In this document: positions 11,075 to 23,421 of the stretch, piece by piece | Layout: every line of letters starts with the position of its first letter | Position numbering within the stretch: position 1 is the stretch's first letter | From: Candidatus Woesearchaeota archaeon | GTDB lineage: Archaea > Nanobdellota > Nanobdellia > Woesearchaeales > ARS49 | Length of the DNA: 64,000 bases | Assembly: GCA_017609645.1 (NCBI GenBank) | Contig: JAFCDQ010000002.1 | Location: 65,260 to 129,259 of the forward strand | Direction: 5' to 3' | The notes under the pieces: model-generated | Databases searched by the model: none | What the model was told of the DNA's origin: nothing | Seen by the model: only the letters and a program-made list of their open reading frames with translations | Translations under genes and position numbers: made by a program

Positions 11075-12463
11075 ATGAAAACAAATAAAATGCTATTTAC
11101 GGTATTAATGCTCGTCTTACTTGCAGGCATGGCAAGTGCATTACAAGTAGGCAGCGCAAAAATCGGTGATGATAATCAAGACAGAGTTGAAAATGTTAGT
11201 GCAACATTTCAAATAACAAATAATGGGAGTGTAACACTAGATAACATAACAGTATCTACAACTGCAGATCCTAAATACAACCTACAGTTTACAAATAAAC
11301 CAACAAGTCTGGCTCCTGGAGCTGCACAAACAGTAACTGTAACAGGAAAAATACCTCTTGATTTTGATGCAGTAGATACAACAACTTTGGAAGAAAAAGC
11401 ATTCAAAATCGGCGATATCACAGTACAAGGATATGAAGCAACTGTTCTTGTAAGTGAAACTGCAGATCTTAATATGCAGGCTGTAAACCAAATAGAACTA
11501 AAGAAAATCAAAGTAAGCTGCGATAGTAATGAAGAAAATCTTGATGACGGCGAAAAAATGAAAGAACTAAAGCCTGACATGCAAGATTGTCAATTCTATA
11601 TCAAGATTGAAAATGATTTCAATGAAAATGATAAAAATGACCAAAAAATAGGAGACATTGAAATTGACACAACTATTGAAGTTGAAAGCGATGATTCTGA
11701 TGTTGACCTAGATGATAGTGATGAAGTAAACTTAGATGCTGATGAATATGAAGAAATCACATTTGACTTTGATATTGATGAAGAAGCAGATGATGGATCA
11801 TATGAAATCACTGTTAAAGTTTTCGGAACAGATGAAAACAACGCATTTCACGGAGAAAAATGGACAGTAGAACTAGAAGTTGAAAGATTAAAGCACGACC
11901 TTACTTTTGACAAAGTCAGTGTAAATCCATCTGAACTAGAAACTTGTGATGTAAACGGCGCAGTAAATGTTGCTGTAACTATATACAACATGGGCAGAAG
12001 AGATGAAGATGAAGCAGCTGTTGAATTGAAATTACCAGATTTCAAATACTCAAAAAAGATAGAAGATATTGAAATCGACAGAAGCGACAAGACAACTGTA
12101 AACTTTGACGTCCTACTTCCAGTGAATGTTAAAGAAGGTTTATACAGAGGAACATTAAAAAGCTACTTTGATACTCTGGCAGAAAGCCATAGTGAAACAG
12201 TTCAAATCAAAGTAACAAAATGCACCACTGAAGAACCTGAAGAAACAGAAGAAGATAACCAAACAACCATAGTAATTCCACAGCAAACACAACAGCAAAT
12301 ACCTCCAACAATAACAAAAGCGCAAACAACTACACCAACCACACAAACCAAAGATAGTTTCACAGAAAGCACAGCTTACTTGGGACTTTTAACAGCATTT
12401 GTCGTCTTACTATTGATAGCAATAGTAATTATCGGTGTTGTTTTCTTTGTGAAGAAGAAATAA
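11075..12463 (+). CDS. Acidic cell-surface protein with a Thr/Gln-rich stalk and a C-terminal TM anchor plus KKK tail
   Basis: Signal peptide, acidic D/E-rich core, PQQTQQQIPPTITKAQTTTPTTQTK linker, C-terminal hydrophobic helix and KKK. ggggtggattataaATG lies upstream. Confidence 0.55.
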   Translation: MKTNKMLFTVLMLVLLAGMASALQVGSAKIGDDNQDRVENVSATFQITNNGSVTLDNITVSTTADPKYNLQFTNKPTSLAPGAAQTVTVTGKIPLDFDAVDTTTLEEKAFKIGDITVQGYEATVLVSETADLNMQAVNQIELKKIKVSCDSNEENLDDGEKMKELKPDMQDCQFYIKIENDFNENDKNDQKIGDIEIDTTIEVESDDSDVDLDDSDEVNLDADEYEEITFDFDIDEEADDGSYEITVKVFGTDENNAFHGEKWTVELEVERLKHDLTFDKVSVNPSELETCDVNGAVNVAVTIYNMGRRDEDEAAVELKLPDFKYSKKIEDIEIDRSDKTTVNFDVLLPVNVKEGLYRGTLKSYFDTLAESHSETVQIKVTKCTTEEPEETEEDNQTTIVIPQQTQQQIPPTITKAQTTTPTTQTKDSFTESTAYLGLLTAFVVLLLIAIVIIGVVFFVKKK

Positions 12464-12485
12464 ATTTTTATTTTTTTTCTCTTTT

Positions 12486-13037
12486 TTATATTTTTTTAAC
12501 AAATTGTACCTTATGTAATCTATTCTCAATATCCTCTTTAACTTTTATAGGATTACGAAGTTTATGCATGCTAAGTTCATAATGCTCTCCTCCACCTGTA
12601 TTTAATTCTAAAGTACCATAATGGAAAATACTTTGAAGAAGAGTCTGCTTAACATGCATATCAGAAATCATATAAAGAGGAACACTCTTACATATATGCT
12701 TTAAAAAACCAGTCCTCATCTCAACTTTTTTATCATCAACAATCAATTGATTCACCGAAATCAAAATCTCAAAATAAAACAAGAACAAAAAGAAAAGAAC
12801 AAAGCAACCTATGTTAAAGATTTGATTCCATTTTACATAAAACGCAAGAAACAAAAAAGCAAAAGTAATCAAATAATAAAACAAATACGCAATCCTGCTC
12901 TGTTTGTAAGTCTTTGTCGAAATATAGACTTCTTTCTTATCTAAAACTTCAGCCATGCTGGAAGAGCCCCTGCGATAAATGGATAAAGATAAGGCGCTGC
13001 AACAATCAATGCACCAATCAACAGACTGTGAAACCAA
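12486..13037 (-). CDS. Membrane protein with a bacterial PH (bPH_2/YdbT-like) domain
   Basis: Two TM helices, then a soluble domain resembling bPH_2. Confidence 0.5.
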   Translation of the reverse strand: MVSQSVDWCIDCCSALSLSIYRRGSSSMAEVLDKKEVYISTKTYKQSRIAYLFYYLITFAFLFLAFYVKWNQIFNIGCFVLFFLFLFYFEILISVNQLIVDDKKVEMRTGFLKHICKSVPLYMISDMHVKQTLLQSIFHYGTLELNTGGGEHYELSMHKLRNPIKVKEDIENRLHKVQFVKKI

Positions 13038-13384
13038 GTCTCAGACAAACCCTTAACTTGAGTCATAGCAGCTCCAGGAATCACTTTGCTTACAGCATGA
13101 ATCTTAATAGCAGCAATCAAACCAATAACAATCCTAAAAACCAAAGCAGATCCTAAAATCGGAATAGCTTTAATAGCAGGAAGCAAACCAAAAACAAAAT
13201 CAACATTCATACTACAAAAAACAAAAATCACAGAAAGAATAAGCGCATGAAACATATGACCAAAACGATGAGTAGGAACAGAAACATCTCTATGAACTAC
13301 AATAGCCTCATAAGCACCAATAATTAAACCTAAAGCCAAAGCAGGGCCAATAATTAAATCCGCCATGAAATTCACCTCTTTCAA
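12941..13384 (-). CDS. Polytopic membrane protein (hypothetical)
   Basis: 147 aa, mostly hydrophobic, with His-containing loops (HRFGHMFH). Confidence 0.4.
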   Translation of the reverse strand: MKEVNFMADLIIGPALALGLIIGAYEAIVVHRDVSVPTHRFGHMFHALILSVIFVFCSMNVDFVFGLLPAIKAIPILGSALVFRIVIGLIAAIKIHAVSKVIPGAAMTQVKGLSETWFHSLLIGALIVAAPYLYPFIAGALPAWLKF

Positions 13385-13420
13385 CAGCTAAATAAGCAAA
13401 TGTTTTTTTAAAGCTTTCTG

Positions 13421-14023
13421 TCAAATCACCTTAAACAGAATCAAAACACCAAGAATAACAAGTCCAAGACTAGCAATCTCTTCCTTATACTTTAACTTAC
13501 TAATCTTTTCTGCAAAAAAAATCACTACAACTATTTCTAACAAAGTTCCAATCAAAATTCCAATCACAGCAAAAATCTGCGTAACTAACGCACCTAAAAA
13601 AAGCGGCGCATAAGCAATAATATCATCAAGAACAGTTGCAAAAGAAGCAATAAAACCAATGCCAATCAATTTTGTGAAACGCATTGCAGAAATTTTTTTA
13701 ATTTTTAACAATTTCTTCTCAGCTTTAGCTCTTGGCTTATGAACAAAAACATCAAAATAAATCAAAATCGCTAACAAAAATAACAATCCAACAATAAAAT
13801 ATCTATAAAAAGGAATTTTTTTCAAAATTGTAGAAAAAAATATCGCTATAATGATGGCAATGATAATAGCTATCAAAGTTCCAATAGAAAAAGCAATCTT
13901 TCCCATCTTAGTTCTTGTCACACTAGCAAGAACTGGAATGTGAGTAATAGTATCATCAAAACCAGTAATGATTTTTGCAAAAAAACCAAGCAAAAGATAT
14001 TTTAACATATTATATTCTGCCAA
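13421..14023 (-). CDS. Membrane transporter-like protein with an internal duplication (CadD/TerC-like)
   Basis: Two halves, each with a DD(T/I)I motif (GFDDTITHIP and TVLDDIIAYAP). Confidence 0.4.
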   Translation of the reverse strand: MAEYNMLKYLLLGFFAKIITGFDDTITHIPVLASVTRTKMGKIAFSIGTLIAIIIAIIIAIFFSTILKKIPFYRYFIVGLLFLLAILIYFDVFVHKPRAKAEKKLLKIKKISAMRFTKLIGIGFIASFATVLDDIIAYAPLFLGALVTQIFAVIGILIGTLLEIVVVIFFAEKISKLKYKEEIASLGLVILGVLILFKVI

Positions 14024-15392
14024 TTAATCGATAAAAGGAATTGAAGAAATCTTTTTTCTTAAATTTGTCTAATGCTTTATTGTTTATATTAGATAAACTG
14101 GGGATAGGAAAAGAAATCTTCTTCAAATTCTTTATGTTCTTACCGAGCATTAAAACATAATTATTAATCAGCTCAGAAGAATTTCTAGATGCAAGAATAA
14201 CACCAATTATTTTTGATTTTTTCAAAATTAACTTAAGAAAACCTTTATTTCCTTTATATTTACTCGCGTCGATTTCTTTAAACTCAACCTTAACAGTATT
14301 AAATCCTCTTTTATCAGCAATATCTTTCTCTGTTCTGCCAAGAACCGCAATCTCAGGATCAATATGAAGAACAACAGGAATTTTCTTGAAATTAACCATC
14401 TTAGGAATATGCAAAATATTAGACAACACAACATCAGCCTGATGAACTGCGCAATCTGCATATGTCATGCCTGTTACATCACCGCAAGCAAAAATATTCA
14501 TAACAGAAGTCTTGCATCTTTTACCAACTTTAATACAACCTCCCTCAGTAAATTTAATACCTGTTGCAGGAAGATTAATCTCATCAAGCATAGGAATCCT
14601 GCCAGTAGCCAAAAAAATCTCATCAGTTTTTATCACAATCTTCTTCTTATCAGTAATAGACTCTATCAGCTTCCTTTTAGCAGAATGAGAAATTCTCTTA
14701 ACTAAAACATCTGTAAAAATTTTAACACCTTGTTTTTCAAGCATATCTGAAACAAAAAAACCAACATGCTTATCAAATTCCGCAAGAATCCTGCTGTTTT
14801 GCTCAAGCAAAGCAACCTGGCAGCCAAACCTAGACAATGCAAAAGCAAGTTCAACACCAGACATTCCTGCGCCAAGAATACAAACACTCTTTGGAAGTTT
14901 TTTCAAAGTAAACAAATCCTTCGCAAGCAAATATTTGCTATCTTCTAAACCTTCAATACTTGGAACAAGAGGCTTGCTTCCTGTAGCGAGCACAAATTTT
15001 CTTGCAAAAATCTTCTCTCCTTTTAATTCAAGAGCTTTTTTATTAATAAATTTAGGAGAACCAAACAAAACCTTAATCCCTAAACGTTTTAGCTCTTCTG
15101 GACTAATAGAATCATAAATCTCCTTATTAGTCTCATGAATTTTTTTAATCAAAGCAGAAAAATCAAAATCGCGCTTTGTATTGATGCCTAAAGACTTAGC
15201 TCTTTTTAATTCAGTAAACATCTTAGAAGCTTCAGAAAGAACATTAAAAGGAACAGTATTCCACCAAAGATAACTGCCGCCAAGTTTATTTTTCTCAATC
15301 AAACATACATCAAGATTCAACAAAGCTGCCTTTTTTGCAATATGCAACCCTGCAGCTCCTCCGCCCAGCACAACTATATCAAATCGCCTCAT
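14010..15392 (-). CDS. FAD/NAD(P)-binding pyridine nucleotide-disulfide oxidoreductase family protein
   Basis: GGGAAG Rossmann motif at the N-terminus and a second dinucleotide motif (ILGAGMSGVE). It has Lpd-like length but no CxxxxC redox disulfide. Confidence 0.7.
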   Translation of the reverse strand: MRRFDIVVLGGGAAGLHIAKKAALLNLDVCLIEKNKLGGSYLWWNTVPFNVLSEASKMFTELKRAKSLGINTKRDFDFSALIKKIHETNKEIYDSISPEELKRLGIKVLFGSPKFINKKALELKGEKIFARKFVLATGSKPLVPSIEGLEDSKYLLAKDLFTLKKLPKSVCILGAGMSGVELAFALSRFGCQVALLEQNSRILAEFDKHVGFFVSDMLEKQGVKIFTDVLVKRISHSAKRKLIESITDKKKIVIKTDEIFLATGRIPMLDEINLPATGIKFTEGGCIKVGKRCKTSVMNIFACGDVTGMTYADCAVHQADVVLSNILHIPKMVNFKKIPVVLHIDPEIAVLGRTEKDIADKRGFNTVKVEFKEIDASKYKGNKGFLKLILKKSKIIGVILASRNSSELINNYVLMLGKNIKNLKKISFPIPSLSNINNKALDKFKKKDFFNSFYRLIGRI

Positions 15393-15457
15393 TTTTTAAT
15401 AAAGTAACTTAAAGGTATTTAAATAACTTTTTAAAGTAAAGAATAAAAATATCAGTA

Positions 15458-15940
15458 ATGAATACTATTGCCCACATATTTTTTGGATATATCGCCTGTG
15501 TATTAGTATTTGGCGAGCAAATTTCTAATGAACATTTTCTTGCAATAGCATTATTCTCAATACTAATTGATTTAGACCACATACCAGGATTAATAAAATA
15601 TTTCAAGACCTCAAAAAGCAAAAGAAAATACCTGCCAGAAAATATTTTAGCAAACTGGTTTAGGTCTGGCTTTCAAGAACCAATAGGAATATTATTCATC
15701 ATCATAACATTAGGCTTATTATGGATATTAGGAATTACCAATATACTAATCCCTATAGGAATTTTATGTGTATTCACACATTGGCTAGTTGATTTATTAA
15801 CAGTGCACAATCAACCATTAGCTCCATTTTCACATGTAGTTTTTGCCTGGAAATTCAAAACAAAAAAACAAAGATTAATAAGTGAATTAGTGATAACCGC
15901 AATAGTGTTCATCATATTTTTAATAATATATTATTACTAA
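15458..15940 (+). CDS. Membrane-bound metal-dependent hydrolase-like protein (DUF457-like)
   Basis: 160 aa with four TM helices and a conserved LDLDHIPG segment. Confidence 0.4.
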   Translation: MNTIAHIFFGYIACVLVFGEQISNEHFLAIALFSILIDLDHIPGLIKYFKTSKSKRKYLPENILANWFRSGFQEPIGILFIIITLGLLWILGITNILIPIGILCVFTHWLVDLLTVHNQPLAPFSHVVFAWKFKTKKQRLISELVITAIVFIIFLIIYYY

Positions 15941-15944
15941 TAAA

Positions 15945-16223
15945 ATGAAAAAAAGAAGTGTGGGAAAAAAGACGAGATGCAAACAACTAAATCCAAAACT
16001 CAAAAAAGCATGGGATTATGGAGTAACTGTGTTCTGCATAGCAAACAATGGCGCATATTTCTTAGGACAAAAAGAATTAGTAAAAGGTCTTACAAGAGAT
16101 GTTTATCAATTCTCAAAAGATAAAGCAAAGAGAATTAAAGTATTACCTAAACATAAACTAAAAATCAAATACATGAAAAATATTCCAAAACATATTTCTA
16201 ATTTAATGAATAAATTAAGATAA
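15945..16223 (+). CDS. Small basic protein (hypothetical)
   Basis: 92 aa, Lys/Arg-rich. Starts 5 nt after the previous ORF. Confidence 0.35.
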   Translation: MKKRSVGKKTRCKQLNPKLKKAWDYGVTVFCIANNGAYFLGQKELVKGLTRDVYQFSKDKAKRIKVLPKHKLKIKYMKNIPKHISNLMNKLR

Positions 16224-16308
16224 TTGAATTTGTTAATATCTTCAGATTATTCTTAAGATAGACTATTTTCTAAATGTTTTTTTCAAATAGTAAATAAGAA
16301 AAAAATGA

Positions 16309-16320
16309 AGACCATGCATA
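16309..16320. other. 23S processing-stem half (gaccatgcatag), complementary to 19248-19259
   Basis: A 12-nt perfect inverted repeat brackets the 23S gene, as expected for the archaeal bulge-helix-bulge processing helix. Confidence 0.6.
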
Positions 16321-16321
16321 G

Positions 16322-19247
16322 ACGACCAAATAAGCGAAGAGTGTTTAGTAACTGCATGCTGAATATCTCGTTACCTCGATACTTACACACCAGTTCTATC
16401 AAACGGATCTTTTATCCGAACTCCAAAGAGGTCTCTTTTCTAGGTGGGCTTCATCCTTAGATGCTTTCAGGACTTATCCCTTAACGCGTAGCTGCCCTGC
16501 TTAATACCTTGTCAGATAGCAGGTAGACCAGTGGCGTCGAAAGCAAGTTCCTCTCGTACTATTGCTTCCTTCCCATCAGACCTCTAACACCTCCAGTAGA
16601 TATCAAACAAACTGCCTCACAGCGTTCTGAACCCAGCTAACGATCCCTTTTAACAGGTGAACTCCCTCACCCTTGGCAGCTGCTGCACTGCCAGGATAGG
16701 AAGAGCCGACATCGACGCAGCAAACCGCACCGTCGATATGAACTCTCGGGTGCGACAACTCCATTACCCCCGGAGTAACTTTTCGGTCATACCCAACCCT
16801 CATCAAGAAGGTTTGGGGGTTCGCTAGGCCCTGCTTTCGCATCTGCATCTCATCAAATTAAAGATACAGTCAGGCTGACTTTTGCCCTTGCACTCTACAT
16901 CCGATTTCTGACCGGATTGAGTCAACCTTAGGGCGCCATTGATATCTTTTCAACGGCGTGCCGCCCCAGCCGAACTGTCCGCCAGCAGGTGTCCTCCTCA
17001 TCGGAGTAAGCAACGCAAGTTAAGGTGTGTGGTGTTACATTGACGTCTAAGATACATTCTGACGAGTGTATCCTCAAACAACTCCCACATACGCTGTACA
17101 CCGCAACTCACGCCGCAACTACAAGCTACAGTAAAGTTTCACGGGGTCTTCGCTTCCCACTGGAGGTCTCTGGCCTTCGCACCAGAATAGAGTGTTCAGA
17201 GGTTTCTAGTTGGGGACAGTGACAACCTCGTTACGCCCTTCATGCACGTCGCCATTCAAACGACAAGGCATTACGCTACCTTAAGAGAGTTATAGTTACT
17301 CCCGCCGTTTACCGGTCCTTATCCCCCTTGAAAAGAAGTTTCGGATACCGGCACTGGGCAGACGTCACTGGCTATACAAGGCTTTGCAGCTTAGCAGCCA
17401 GTTACGTTTTTGGTAAACAGTCGGGCCATCCTAGTCAGTGCCCCCTGAGTTCGCACGTAGAGCGTACAAACCCAGGGATCCCTTATACCGAAGACACGGG
17501 ACTAATTTGCCGAATTCCCTCAACTAGATTAAACCTTCACACCTTAGACTTCTCATCTAGGGGCACCAGTGCTGGTTCTGGGTACGGTCATTCAAGATTT
17601 TTGAAAATTTCTTTTTCACGGGCTCTAGACATCAGCAGAACTTGGCATAACCAAGCTATTCTCGTCTTAATCCAGTTCTCGTCGTTACGATACTCCTTGG
17701 ATTTATTCTAATTAATATGAACGATGGTTCATATCTGCCTAGTCCAAAACGTCAGAAATTAACCCTGCGTTACCGCACATACTTGAACAGTACAGGAATA
17801 TTAACCTGTTTCCCTTTCCTCATACATTCCAATTAGGAACTTGGTTAGGACCGACTAACCCTTGGCTGATTGACATTGCCAAGGAACCCTTGCCCTTTCG
17901 GTGACAGAGATTCTCACTCTGCTAAGATCTTACTTCCACCAGGATCTTCATTCTTACTCGGTTCTTTTACACTCACGCGCAAAATTTAATCCAAGCAAGA
18001 CGCCTGCCTAACACAACCTTGTAGGTTGCCTATAGTATCGGTAATTGGTTTAGCCCCGTCCATTTTCAGGACCTGCGCCCTTGATGGGTAAGCTGTTACG
18101 CACTTTTTAAAGGATGGCTGCTTCTAAGCCAACCTCCCCACTGTCTCAGAGCACAGATACCTTTTACCCGTTAACACTTAACCAATATTTTGGGACCTTA
18201 ACTATAGTCTGGGTTGTTCCCCTCGCGGATTCCAAGCTTACCCCGGAACCCCGTCTCCCGACTTCTACGAAATTGGATCTATTTGGAGTTGGACAAGAAA
18301 CCGAGGGATTTCTCCCCCTAAATCTCAAATCCGTAGCTCTACAAGACCAATATTCTCAGTCGAGGCTTGACTGCGGCCAAATTTGACAGGAACCAGCTAT
18401 CACCGATCTCGATTGGCTTTTCACCCCTAATCCCAGGTCAGAAGAACGCTTGCACACAGTATCTCTTCAGGCCTCCACGAAGTTTTATCTCCGCTTCACC
18501 TTGCCCAGGATTAGATCGACCGGTTTCGGGTCGTGTTCTAGTGACTTCAGACATTTTCATATCTCGCCCCTCATTACTTGCGGGCTAATTGCTTTCGCTA
18601 TGGCTCCCTCCTGATGAGTTAACCTCGCCACTAAAACACACTCCCTGGCACGTTATTCGAAACGTACGACACAACTCCGAAGAGCCGTGTCTTTCTATCC
18701 TTGTAAGATTTCAGGTTCTTTTCACTCCCTGTTAAGGGATCTTTTCAACTTTCCCTCACGGTACTAGTGCACTATCGGACTCTAGACGTATTTAGAGTTG
18801 GAAGTTGATGCCTCCCAATTTCTTATCTCATTTCCAAGAGATAATACTCAGGATACTCGTCCTTATATCCTGCTCAGTTACTTTTACGGGACTATCACCC
18901 TCTAAGGTGCTGCTTTCCAACAGACTTCAAATTACTAAGCGAGGAATTAGGTCAAGTCCTATAACACCACATTTCTAATATTTTTCAATACCAGATTCGG
19001 TTTGCTCTATATGGTTTTCAGTCGCCCTTACTAACCACATCTCGTTTGATTTCTTTTCCTTTAGGTACTAAGACGTTTCAATTCCCTAAGTTACTCAGCT
19101 TTTCAGCTTTAAAAGGAAGTCCTATTCGGAGACTCTTGGTTCAAAGCCTACATACAACTCGCCAAGAATTTTCGCAGTTAGTCACGTCCTTCATCAGCGC
19201 CTAGAGCCAAGTCCTTCATCTTACAAGTAAAGTGCTTAGGCCAATCT
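16322..19247 (-). rRNA. 23S rRNA (boundaries approximate)
   Basis: Reverse complement carries conserved LSU blocks. GCGCTGATGAAGGACGTG lies near the 5' end (around plus 19200). GCTGAAAGCATCTAAG lies near the 3' end (around plus 16450). It is flanked by a 12-nt perfect inverted pair, 16309-16320 and 19248-19259, which forms the processing stem. Confidence 0.9.
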
Positions 19248-19352
19248 ATGCATGGTCTCATTAATTATTAGTTGAGTCTAATAACCTTGACACAACATAC
19301 AACATACTCCTGATGATGTATGCCTTAATTATTTGATCTTGAATTTATTGAA

Positions 19353-19462
19353 TGGACCCGTCGGGAATTTCGTGTAACCCTCAGTTCAGCGACGAGAATC
19401 GCAAATCGAACCCGAGGCCTCAGCCTTGCAAGGGCTGCGCTCTACCCCTGAGCTACGGGCCC
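19353..19462 (-). tRNA. tRNA-Ala(TGC) in the 16S-23S spacer, with a roughly 37-nt intron in the T-loop. No CCA is encoded.
   Basis: Minus strand reads GGGCCCGTAGCTCAGGGGTAGAGCGCAGCCCTTGCAAGGCTGAGGCCTCGGGTTCGA[~37 nt]ATTCCCGACGGGTCCA. Acceptor, D, anticodon (TGC) and T stems all pair. The extra 37-38 nt lie between the T-stem halves. Confidence 0.8.
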
Positions 19463-19531
19463 AGTATGATTATGAACAAGAGAAGTACCTGAATTGATTT
19501 TGATTTTTTTCAAAAAAAAATTGAAAAAAAA

Positions 19532-21003
<1,472 letters not shown>

Positions 21004-21400
21004 CATACAGAAAGGTATTAATGCAGACTTAACTTTTCTCCGACGAGAAAAGAGCCTTGCGTGTAACCATCGGTCGCAATATGAAATTAAAAAATCATCA
21101 CAAATGACTTCAACTTTCAGGTACTTCTCTTGTGCTTTATGAGTATAAAGCAGTCACTATCTTTTTTTCTCCTCAGCTTTCCCGAGGCTCAATAGAATAT
21201 CGTCGGAACATTTACCAACAAAAGGAGATGAGCAACTCTTGAGATTTCTAGATTATTTATAAAGTTTTCTATTTTATTGAAGAAAAATAGAAATTTTTTC
21301 ATCTAGACAAAAAGATTTCCCAAATAAGATAAAAATTCTTCAACTTTTCTTCCGCAGTTCATTTTAAAATCAAAATCTATGAATTTATTAAGGTGATAAA

Positions 21401-22546
21401 ATGAACAAAAAAATTTTATTAATTTTGCTGCTAATGTTAGTATTTATTCTACCTGCAAAAGCGGTCTGGATAAACCAAGTTTATTATGATCCTATTGGAT
21501 CTGAAACATATGGAGAAGCTTTAGAATTATATAATCCAACAAATACTAGTATTGATATAAGCAATTGGATAATCGCAACAACTAGTTCTGAAACAGATGT
21601 AAAAATTCCCGAAAATACTTTTATCGAATCTTATGGTTATTTTTTAATTGCAGATGAAGGATGGAATGAAAGCAAAGATAATGAAACTTGGAAAAATGCC
21701 GAATTAGAAGAAAAAATGACATTAAAAAATACCAATGGCGCTGTTGCAATAAAAGATAACGAAGGAAATATAATAGATGCTGTAGGATGGGGTGATGAAG
21801 AAGAAATACCAACAGAATTATTTGAAGGAACACCTGCAACAAAAGTTAAAGCAGGAGAAAGTTTATTGAGAATTGAAGATACCAACGATAATTCAAAAGA
21901 TTTTGTTGCTACAAAACCTTATTTTTTTACAACAGGGGAATTAATAATAAATGCAGATATTGGAGGTTTTTCAGAAAATTCTAATATAGAAGTGTTAGCA
22001 GATGATGATTCTAATGCAGAAGGCATCCAAATATTCCCAAATAAAGGAAGCAATAGAAAAATAAAAGTAAAAACAAATTCTCCGGGAATTTTGTTATTTG
22101 GAAATCAAATATATAATTTAACTCAAGCAGATGATGGTTATGAAACCATAATTGAAATTCCTTTTTCATTACAACCAGGAATTTATACAATAAAAACAAA
22201 TAATGAAGAAACAAACATTGAAATCCTGCCTATAAAAGGCCTAAGTATTAATCAAAGAAAATTAGACTTAATAGTTACACCAGGAAGTTATGATACAAAG
22301 AAGATAAAAATAACTAACACAGGAAATACAGAAATCACCATATATGCAAAAAGTCAAAAATTTACGTCAATAAAACAAGATTTAGAAGGCCATATTGCCA
22401 TCTTAGGAAAAATCATCGACGAGCAATGGAAAGAAATAACACAATTAGGTGCTGGAGCGAATTCAGAGATTGAAATCATACTATCTGCTAAAGAAGAAGC
22501 AATAAAAGGAGAATATAAAGCAGTTCTTTCATTTAAGGCAGAATAA
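21401..22546 (+). CDS. Secreted lamin-tail-domain (LTD) protein
   Basis: Signal peptide. The N-terminal about 130 aa follow the LTD pattern (WINQVYYDP..ELYNPTN..ISNW..GYFLIADEG..NTNGAVAIKD..IDAVGWG). aggtgataaaATG lies upstream. Confidence 0.65.
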   Translation: MNKKILLILLLMLVFILPAKAVWINQVYYDPIGSETYGEALELYNPTNTSIDISNWIIATTSSETDVKIPENTFIESYGYFLIADEGWNESKDNETWKNAELEEKMTLKNTNGAVAIKDNEGNIIDAVGWGDEEEIPTELFEGTPATKVKAGESLLRIEDTNDNSKDFVATKPYFFTTGELIINADIGGFSENSNIEVLADDDSNAEGIQIFPNKGSNRKIKVKTNSPGILLFGNQIYNLTQADDGYETIIEIPFSLQPGIYTIKTNNEETNIEILPIKGLSINQRKLDLIVTPGSYDTKKIKITNTGNTEITIYAKSQKFTSIKQDLEGHIAILGKIIDEQWKEITQLGAGANSEIEIILSAKEEAIKGEYKAVLSFKAE

Positions 22547-22736
22547 ATAATTTTTTACTTTTTATTTCTAAACGCAACAAGACAAGCCTGTTTAATCCAG
22601 CATTTTTCGCAGCCTTCACACTGTTTATGTTTTTGTCCAAAACAAGGATCTTCAACAAATTTTAACATCTTCACTTCACTATCACACATTTTGACACCAC
22701 CAAAGAATAGATAAAGTTCCATCTATATAAACGTTT

Positions 22737-23420
22737 CTATGAACTTTCGTTTTTTTGGCAAATCTCTTCAGGAGAACATCTATTTTTAACGCATAAATCA
22801 TCTGTACAGATGTTGCCATCATCACAATCAGCGTCTATATCGCAACAAAAAGAAGGAACTTTTGACTTGAAATATTTATTCATACATTTTCCTTTTTGTC
22901 TGTCACAATCGTCATATGTGCAAGGATCATCGTCATCACATTCAGCAGCAAAAAAACAAACTTTTAACTCCTGATCTTTTGGAACACAAATATCATTCAA
23001 ACAATTCTCATCTTCGTTACAAGACACATCTTGCGGACAATTTTTACAATTCTCTCCCTCATTAATAATATTATCTCCGCAATTTAAGTTACATTTACCT
23101 TTAACACAATTTTGAGGGTTGCAGTTAATTATTTTTTTTGTTTTTACACAAGCATTATTTCGACAATCATGACTGATTAAATCCATCATAGAACTATTGA
23201 TACAAAAATTCTCGTCTAAAGACAAACAATCAACACTATTATTTGTGAAAGGCGAACATTCATCATCAACACAAGCATAAGTAATATTAATTAATTTTTT
23301 ATCTTCACAATAAAGATCTGTTCTAATACATTCTTCAGGATTACAATGAGATTTTGAACAAGAAAGAAGAAATAGAATAAAAAGAATTAACAAAATTTTA
23401 TTTATTTTAAATTTATTCAT
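22737..23420 (-). CDS. Cys-rich secreted protein (about 40 Cys, Asp-rich CxxDxC repeats)
   Basis: Signal peptide ending in a lipobox-like LSCS. Dense CxxxC and DDDPCTYDDC-type spacing. Confidence 0.5.
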   Translation of the reverse strand: MNKFKINKILLILFILFLLSCSKSHCNPEECIRTDLYCEDKKLINITYACVDDECSPFTNNSVDCLSLDENFCINSSMMDLISHDCRNNACVKTKKIINCNPQNCVKGKCNLNCGDNIINEGENCKNCPQDVSCNEDENCLNDICVPKDQELKVCFFAAECDDDDPCTYDDCDRQKGKCMNKYFKSKVPSFCCDIDADCDDGNICTDDLCVKNRCSPEEICQKNESS

Positions 23421-23421
23421 A

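Noticed and set aside
16224-16321. Looked for a 5S rRNA gene downstream of 23S and elsewhere
   Set aside because: No roughly 120-nt GC-rich 5S-like segment is present. 5S is presumably encoded elsewhere, as in many DPANN genomes.
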